Of a DNA stretch of 64,000 nucleotides, positions 55,401 to 64,000 are shown piece by piece (the first letter of the stretch is position 1; each line of letters starts with the position of its first letter). This DNA is from Eledone cirrhosa (Eukaryota), in contig OZ024753.1 in NCBI GenBank assembly GCA_964016885.1, forward strand, positions 18,414,001-18,478,000, read 5' to 3'. The notes beneath the pieces are model-generated. The model worked only from the letters and a program-made list of their open reading frames with translations. It had not been told where the DNA came from and did not search any database. The translations under genes were made by a program, and so were the position numbers.

Positions 55401-58400
55401 TTCAACAGACTGTCAGCCCTTTTCCCTTCTTTCACCAGACTGTCAGCCTCTCTCCCTTCTTTCACCAGACTGTCAGCCTTTCCCCCTTCTTTCAATAGAC
55501 TGTCAGCCTTTCTCCCTTCTTTCAACAGACTGTCAGCCCTTTTCCCTTCTTTCACCAGACTGTCAGCCTCTCTCCCTTCTTTCACCAGACTCTCAGCCTT
55601 TCTCCCTTATTTCAACAGACTGTCAGCCTTTCTCCCTTCTTTCAACAGACTGCCAGCCTCTATCCCTTCTTTCAACAGACTCTCAGCCTTTCTCCCTTCT
55701 TTCAACAGACTGCTAGCCTCTCTCCCTTCTTTCAACAGACTGTCAGCCTTTCTCCCTTCTTTCAACAGACTACCAGCCTTTCTCCCTTCATTCAACAGAC
55801 TGTAAGCCTTTCTCCCTGCTTTCAACAGACTGTCAGCCTTTCTCCCTTCTTTCAACAGATTATCAGCCTTTCTCCCTTCTTTCAATAGACTGTCAGCCTT
55901 TCTCCCTTCTTTCAACAGACTGTCAGCCTTTCTCCCTTCTTTCACCAGACTGTCAGCCTTTCTCCCTTCTTTCACCAGACTGTCAGCCTTTCTCCCTTCT
56001 TTCAACAGACTGTCAGCTTCTCTCCCTTCTTTCAACAGACTGTCAGCCTTTCTCACTTCTTTCAAAATACTGTCATCTTTTATCCCTTCTTTCAACAGAC
56101 TGTCAGCTTCTCTCCCTTCTTTCACCAGACTGTCAGCCTCTCTCCGTTTTTCACCAGACTGTCAGCCTCTCTCACTTCTTTCAACAGACTGTAAGACTTT
56201 CTCCCTTCTTTCAACAGACTGTCAGCCGTTCTCCCTTCTTTCAACAGACTGTCAGCCTTTCTCCCTTCTTTCAACAGACTGTCAGCTTCTCTCCTTTCTT
56301 TCACCAGACTTTAAGCCTTTCTCCCTTCTTTCAACAGAGTGTCAGCCTCTCTCCCTTCTTTCAACATACTGTCAGCCTTTCTCCCTTCTTTCACCAGACT
56401 GTCAGCCTTTCTCCCTGCTTTCAACAGACTGAAAGCCTCTCTCCCTTCTTTCAACAGACTGTCAGCCTCTCTCCTTCTTTCAACAAACTGTCAGCCTCTC
56501 TCCCTTCTTTCAACAGACTGTCAGCCTTTCTCCCTTCTTTCAACAGACTATCTGCCATTCTCCCTTCTTTCACCAGACTGTCAGCCTTTCTCGCTTCTTT
56601 CAACAGACTGTCAGCCTCTCTCCCTTCCTTCAACAGACTGTTAGCCTCTCTCCCTTCTTTCAACAGACTGTCAGACTTTCTCCCTTCTTTCAACAGACTG
56701 ACAGCCTTTCTCCCTTCTTTCAACAGACTGTCAGCCTCTCTCCCTTCTTTCACCAGACTGTCAGCCTCTCTCTCTTATTTCAACAAACTGTCAGACTTTT
56801 TCCCTTCTTTCACCAGACTGTCAGCCTCTCTCCCTTATTTCAACAGACTGTCAGCCTTTCTCCCTTCTTTCAACAGACTGTCAGCCTTTCTCCCTTCTTT
56901 CACCAGACTGTCAGCCTCTCTCCCTTATTTCAACAGACTGTCAGCCTTTCTCCCTTCTTTCAAGAGACTGTCAGCCTTTCTCCCTTCTTTCACCAGACTA
57001 TCAGCCTTTCTCCCTTCTTTCACCAGTCTGTCAGCCTCTCTGCATTCTTTCACCAGAATTTCAGCCTTTCTCCCTTCTTTCACGAGACTGTCAGCCTTTC
57101 TCCCTTCTTTCAACAGACTGTCAGCCTCTCTCCCTTCATTCAACAGACTGTCAGCCTTTCTCCCTTCTTTCAACAGACTGTCAGCCTTTCTCGCTTCTTT
57201 CAACAGACTGTCAGCCATTCTCCATTTATTCAACAGAATGTCAGCCTTTCACCCTTCTTTCACCAGATTGTCAGCCATTCTCCCTGCTTTCAACAAACTG
57301 TCAGCCTTTCTCCCTTCTTTCAACAGACTGTCAGCCTCTCTCCCTTCTTTCAGCAGACTGTCAGCCTTTCACCCTTCTTTCAAGAGACTGCCAACCTTTC
57401 TCCCTTCTTTCAACAGACTGTCAGCCTCTCTCCCATCATTCAACAGACTGTCAGCCTTTCTACCTTCTTTCAACAGACTGTCAGCCTTTCTCGCTTCTTT
57501 CAACAGACTGTCAGCCTTTCTCCCTTCTTTCAACAGACTGCCAGCCTTTCTCCCTTCATTCAACAGACTGTCAGCCTTTCTCCTTGATTTCAACAGACTG
57601 TCAGCCTTTCTCGCTTCTTTCAACAGATTATCAGCCTTTCTCCCTGCTTTCAACAGACTGTCAGCCTTTCTCCCTTCTTTCAACAGACTGTCAGCCTTTC
57701 TCCCTTCTTTCACCAGACTGTCAGCCTTTCTCCCTTCTTTCACCAGACTGTCAGCCTTTCTCACTTCTTTCAACAGACTGTCAGCTTCTCTCCCTTCTTT
57801 CACCAGACTGTCAGCCTCTCTACCTTCTTTCACCAGACTGTCAGCCTTTCTCCCTTCTTTCAACAGACTGTCAGCCTCTCTCCCTTCTTTCAACAGACTG
57901 TCAGACTTTCTCCCTTCTTTCAACAGACTGCCAGCCTTTCTCCCTTCTTTCAACAGACTGTCAGCCTTTCTCCCTTCTTTCAACAGACTGTCATCATTTA
58001 TCCCTTCTTTCAACAGACTGTCAGCTTCTCTGCCTTCTTTCACCAGACTGTCAGCCTCTCTCCCTTCTTTCAACAGACTGTCAGCCTTTCTCCCTTCTTT
58101 CACCAGACTGTCAGCCTTTCTCCCTTCTTTCAACAGACTGTCAGCCTTTTTCCCTTCTTTCAACAGACTTTCAGCCCTTTTCCATTCTTTCACCAGACTG
58201 TCAGCCTCTCTCCCTTCTTTCACCAGACTGTCAGCCTTTCACCCTTCTTTCAACAGACTGTCAGACTTTCTCCCTTCTTTCAACAGACTGCCAGCCTTTC
58301 TCCCTTCTTTCAACAGACTGAAAGCCTCTCTCCCTTCTTTCAACAGACCGTCAGCCTCTCTCCTTCTTTCAACAGACTATCTGCCTTTCTCCCTTCTTTC

Positions 58401-61400
58401 ACCAGACTGTCAGCCTTTCTCGCTTCTTTCAACAGACTGTCAGCCTCTCTCCCTTCTTTCAACAGACTGTTAGCCTCTCTCCCTTCTTTCAACAGACTTT
58501 CAGCCTTTCTCCCTTCTTTCAACAGACTGTCAGCCTCTCTCCCTTCTTTCACCAGACTGTCAGCCTCTCTCTCTTATTTCAACAGACTGTCAGACTTTCT
58601 TCCTTCTTTCACCAGACTGTCAGCCTCTCTCCCTTCTTTCAACAGACTGTCAGCCTTTCTCCCTTCTTTCACCAGACTGTCAGCCTTTGTCCCTTCTTTC
58701 AACAGACTGTCAGACTTTCTCCCTTCTTTCACCAGACTGTCAGCCTCTCTCCCTTCTTTCAACAGACTGTCAGCCTTTCTCCCTTCTTTCACCAGACTGT
58801 CAGCCTTTGTCCCTTCTTTCAACAAACTGTCAGCCTTTCTCCCTTCTTTCAACAGACTGTCAGCCTCTCTCCCTTCTTTCAGCAGACTGTCAGCCTTTAT
58901 CTGCCTTCTTTCAACAGACTGTCAGCCTTTCACCCTTCTTTCAAGAGACTGCCAACCTTTCTCCCTTCTTTCAACAGACTGTCAGCCTTTCTCCCTGATT
59001 TCAAGAGACTGTCAGCCTTTCTCGCTGCTTTCAACAGACTGTCAGACTTTCTCCCTGCTTTCAACAGACTGTCAGCCTTTCTTCCTTCTTTCATCAGACT
59101 GTCAGCCTTTCTCCCTTCTTTCACCAGACTGTCAGCCTTTCTCCCTTCATTCAACAGACTGTCAGCCTTTCTCCCATCTTTCACCAGACTGTCAGTCTTT
59201 CTCCCTTCTTTCAAAAGAGTATCAGCTTCTCCCCCTTCTTTCACCAGACTGTCAGCCTCTCTCCCTTCTTTCACCAGACTGTCAGCCTTTCTCCCTTCTT
59301 TCAACAGACTGTCAGCCTTTCTCCCTTCTTTCACCAGACTGTCAGCCTCTCTCCCTTCTTTCACCAGACTGTCAGCCTCGCTCCCTTCTTTCAACAGACT
59401 GTCAGCCTTTCTCCCTTCTTTCAACAGACTGTCAGCCTTTCTCCCTTCTTTCACCAGACTGTCAGCCATTCTCCCTGCTTTCAACAGACTGTCAGCCTTT
59501 CTCCCTTCTTTCAACAGACTCTCAGCCTTTCCCCCTTCTTTCAACAGACTGTCAGCCTTTCTCCCTTCTTTCAACAGACTGTCAGCCTTTCTCCCTTCTT
59601 TCAACAGTCTGTAAGCCTCTCTCCCTTCTTTCACCAGACTCTCAGCCTTTCTCCCTGCTTTCAACAGACTGTCAGCCTTTCTCCCTGCTTTCAACAGACT
59701 GTCAGCTTTTCTCCCTTCTTTCAACAGACTGTCAGCCATTCTACCTGCTTTCAACAGACTGTCAGCCTTTCTCTCTTCTTTCACCAGACTGTCAGCCTCT
59801 CTCCCTTCTTTCACCAGACTGTCAGCCTTTCTCCCTTCTTTCAACAGACTGTCAGCCATTCTACCTGCTTTCAACAGACTGTAAGCCTTTCTCCCTTCTT
59901 TCAACAGACTGTCAGCCTCTCTCCCTTCTTTCACCAGACTGTCAGCCTCTCTCCCTTATTTCAACAGACTGTCAGCCTTTCTCCCTTCTTTTAACAGACT
60001 GTCAGCCTTTCTCCCTTCTTCCACCAGACTGTCAGCCTCTCTCCCTTATTTCAACAGACTGTCAGCCTTTCTCCCTTCTTTCAAGAGACTGTCAGCCTTT
60101 CTCCCTTCTTTCACCAGACTATCAGCCTTTCTCCCTTCTTTCACCAGTCTGTCAGCCTCTCTGCATTCTTTCACCAGAATGTCAGCCTTTCTCCCTTCTT
60201 TCACGAGACTGTCAGCCTTTCTCCCTTCTTTCAACAGACTGTCAGCCTCTCTCCCTTCATTCAACAGACTGTCAGCCTTTCTCCCTTCTTTCAACAGACT
60301 GTCAGCCTCTCTCCCTTCATTCAACAGACTGTCAGCCTTTCTCCCTTCTTTCAACAGACTGTCAGCCTTTCTCGCTTCTTTCAACAGACTGTCAGCCATT
60401 CTCCATTTATTCAACAGAATGTCAGCCTTTCACCCTTCTTTCACCAGACTGTCAGCCATTCTCCCTGCTTTCAACAAACTGTCAGCCTTTCTCCCTTCTT
60501 TCAACAGACTATCAGCCTCTCTCCCTTCTTTCAGCAGACTGTCAGCCTTTCACCCTTCTTTCAAGAGACTGCCAACCTTTCTCCCTTCTTTCAACAGACT
60601 GTCAGCCTCTCTCCCATCATTCAACAGACTGTCAGCCTTTCTCCCTTCTTTCAACAGACTGCCAGCCTTTCTCCCTTCATTCAACAGACTGTCAGCCTTT
60701 CTCCCTGCTTTCAACAGACTGTCAGCCTTTCTCCCTTCTTTCAACAGATTATCAGCCTTTCTCCCTGCTTTCAACAGACTGTCAGCCTTTCTCCCTTCTT
60801 TCAACAGACTGTCAGCCTCTCTCCCTTCTTTCAACAGACTGTCAGACTTTCTCCCTTCTTTCAACAGACTGCCAGCCTTTCTCCCTTCTTTCAACAGACT
60901 GTCATCCTTTTCCCTTCTTTCACCAGACTGTCAGCCTCTCTCCCTTCTTTCACCAGACTGTCAGCTTTTCTCACTTCTTTCAAAATACTGTCATCTTTTA
61001 ACCCTTCTTTCAACAGACTGTCAGCTTCTCTGCCTTCTTTCACCAGACTGTCAGCCTCTCTCCCTTCTTTCAACAGACTGTCAGACTTTCTCCCTTCTTT
61101 CAACAGACTGCCAGCCTTTCTCCCTTCTTTCAACAGACTGTCAGCCTTTCTCCCTTCTTTCAACATACTGTCATCCTTTCTCCCTTCTTTCACCAGACTG
61201 TCAGCCTCTCTCCCTTCTTTCACCAGACTGTCAGCCTTTCTCACTTCTTTCAAAATACTGTCATCTTTTATCCCTTCTTTCAACAGACTGTCAGCTTCTC
61301 TGCCTTCTTTCACCAGACTGTCAGCCTCTCTCCCTTCTTTCAACAGACTGTCAGCCTTTCTCCCTTCTTTCACCAGACTGTCAGCCTTTCTCCCTTCTTT

Positions 61401-64000
61401 CAACAGACTGTCAGCCTTTCTCCCTTCTTTCAACAGACTTTCAGCCCTTTTCCATTCTTTCACCAGACTGTCAGCCTCTCTCCCTTCTTTCAACAGACTG
61501 TCAGCCTTTCTCCCTTCTTTCAACAGACTGTCAGACTTTCTCCCTTCTTTCAACAGACTGCCAGCCTTTCTCCCTTCTTTCAACAGACTGAAAGCCTCTC
61601 TCCCTTCTTTCAACAGACCGTCAGCCTCTCTCCTTCTTTCAACAGACTGTCAGCCTTTCTCGCTTCTTTCAACAGACTGTCAGCCTCTCTCCCTTCTTTC
61701 AACAGACTGTTAGCCTCTCTCCCTTCTTTCAACAGACTTTCAGCCTTTCTCCCTTCTTTCAACAGACTGTCAGCCTCTCTCCCTTCTTTCACCAGACTGT
61801 CAGCCTCTCTCTCTTATTTCAACAAACTGTCAGACTTTTTCCCTTCTTTCACCAGACTGTCAGCCTCTCTCCCTTATTTCAACAGACTGTCAGCCTTTCT
61901 CCCTTCTTTCAACAGACTGTCAGCCTTTCTCCCTTCTTTCACCAGACTGTCAGCCTCTCTCCCTTATTTCAACAGACTGTCAGCCTTTCTCCCTTCTTTC
62001 AAGAGACTGTCAGCCTTTCTCCCTCTTTCACCAGACTATCAGCCTTTCTCCCTTCTTTCACCAGTCTCTCAGCCTCTCTGCATTCTTTCACCAGAATGTC
62101 AGCCTTTCTCCCTTCTTTCACGAGACTGTCAGCCTTTCTCCCTTCTTTCAACAGACTGTCAGCCTCTCTCCCTTCATTCAACAGACTGTCAGCCTTTCTC
62201 CCTTCTTTCAACAGACTGTCAGCCTTTCTCGCTTCTTTCAACAGACTGTCAGCCATTCTCCATTTATTCAACAGAATGTCAGCCTTTCACCCTTCTTTCA
62301 CCAGACTGTCAGCCATTCTCCCTGCTTTCAACAAACTGTCAGCCTTTCTCCCTTCTTTCAACAGACTGTCAGCCTCTCTCCCTTCTTTCACCAGACTGTC
62401 AGCCTTTCACCCTTCTTTCAAGAGACTGCCAACCTTTCTCCCTTCTTTCAACAGACTGTCAGCCTCTCTCCCATCATTCAACAGACTGTCAGCCTTTCTA
62501 CCTTCTTTCAACAGACTGTCAGCCTTTCTCGCTTCTTTCAACAGACTGTCAGCCTTTCTCCCTTCTTTCAACAGACTGCCAGCCTTTCTCCCTTCATTCA
62601 ACAGACTGTCAGCCTTTCTCCCTGCTTTCAACAGACTGTCAGCCTTTCTCCCTTCTTTCAACAGATTATCAGCCTTTCTCCCTGCTTTCAACAGACTGTC
62701 AGCCTTTCTCCCTTCTTTCAACAGACTGTCAGCCTTTCTCCCTTCTTTCACCAGACTGTCAGCCTTTCTCCCTTCTTTCACCAGACTGTCAGCCTTTCTC
62801 ACTTCTTTCAACAGACTGTCAGCTTCTCTCCCTTCTTTCACCAGACTGTCAGCCTCTCTCCCTTCTTTCAGCAGACTGTCAGCCTTTATCTGCCTTCTTT
62901 CAACAGACTGTCAGCCTTTCACCCTTCTTTCAAGAGACTGCCAACCTTTCTCCCTTCTTTCAACAGACTGTCAGCCTTTCTCCCTGCTTTCAAGAGACTG
63001 TCAGCCTTTCTCGCTGCTTTCAACAGACTGTCAGACTTTCTCCCTGCTTTCAACAGACGGTCAGCCTTTCTTCCTTCTTTCATCAGACTGTCAGCCTTTC
63101 TCCCTTCTTTCACCAGACTGTCAGCCTTTCTCCCTTCATTCAACAGACTGTCAGCCTTTCTCCCATCTTTCACCAGACTGTCAGTCTTTCTCCCTTCTTT
63201 CAAAAGAGTATCAGCTTCTCCCCCTTCTTTCACCAGACTGTCAGCCTCTCTCCCTTCTTTCACCAGACTGTCAGCCTTTCTCCCTTCTTTCAACAGACTG
63301 TCAGCCTTTCTCCCTTCTTTCACCAGACTGTCAGCCTCTCTCCCTTCTTTCACCAGACTGTCAGCCTCGCTCCCTTCTTTCAACAGACTGTCAGCCTTTC
63401 TCCCTTCTTTCAACAGACTGTCAGCCTTTCTCCCTTCTTTCACCAGACTGTCAGCCATTCTCCCTGCTTTCAACAGACTGTCAGCCTTTCTCCCTTCTTT
63501 CAACAGACTCTCAGCCTTTCCCCCTTCTTTCAACAGACTGTCAGCCTTTCTCCCTTCTTTCAACAGACTGTCAGCCTTTCTCCCTTCTTTCAACAGTCTG
63601 TAAGCCTCTCTCCCTTCTTTCACCAGACTCTTAGCCTTTCTCCCTGCTTTCAACAGACTGTCAGCCTTTCTCCCTGCTTTCAACAGACTGTCAGCTTTTC
63701 TCCCTTCTTTCAACAGACTGTCAGCCATTCTACCTGCTTTCAACAGACTGTCAGCCTTTCTCTCTTCTTTCACCAGACTGTCAGCCTCTCTCCCTTCTTT
63801 CACCAGACTGTCAGCCTTTCTCCCTTCTTTCAACAGACTGTCAGCCATTCTACCTGCTTTCAACAGACTGTAAACCTTTCTCCCTTCTTTCAACAGACTG
63901 TCAGCCTCTCTCCCTTCTTTCAACAGACTGTCAGCCTTTCTCCCTTCTTTCAACAGACTGTCAGCCTTTCTCCCTTCTTTCAACAGTCTGTAAGCCTCTC
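46407..64000. repeat. 30-bp satellite (consensus TTCAACAGACTGTCAGCCTTTCTCCCTTCT), roughly 585 units, running off the window
   Basis: Direct 30-bp periodicity with occasional 29- and 31-bp units; higher-order block duplications. Confidence 0.98.

Noticed and set aside
46407-64000. Giant repeat protein (KEGRKADSLL, RLSAFLPSFN, QTVSLSPFFQ or TDCQPFSLLS)
   Set aside because: The 30-mer is stop-free in four frames by composition. Stops and 29/31-bp frameshifting units recur and have been propagated by block duplication.

Overview
AT-rich, repeat-saturated animal DNA. The repeat content suggests a cephalopod such as Octopus (inference). No intact host gene is recognisable. Non-LTR retrotransposons: three Tx1/L1-clade LINE copies (two 5'-incomplete on +, one full-length but decayed on -), a near-full-length R4/Dong-type restriction-like-endonuclease element nested in the (ATT)n run after a Tx1 copy, an old RTE relic, and about 12 tRNA-derived SINEs, several with target-site duplications. 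Penelope-like elements: one Naiad-type (RT + GIY-YIG, direct terminal repeats) and one Nematis/Neptune-type with an inverted terminal repeat plus fragments; together they carry at least seven hammerhead-ribozyme motifs of four designs. Also present: tandem non-autonomous Helitrons joined by a perfect palindrome, several foldback/MITE-like inverted repeats, mini- and microsatellites, and a >17.5 kb 30-bp satellite with multi-kb higher-order duplications filling the last quarter of the window. Most ORFs in the supplied track are artefacts of microsatellites or of the satellite.
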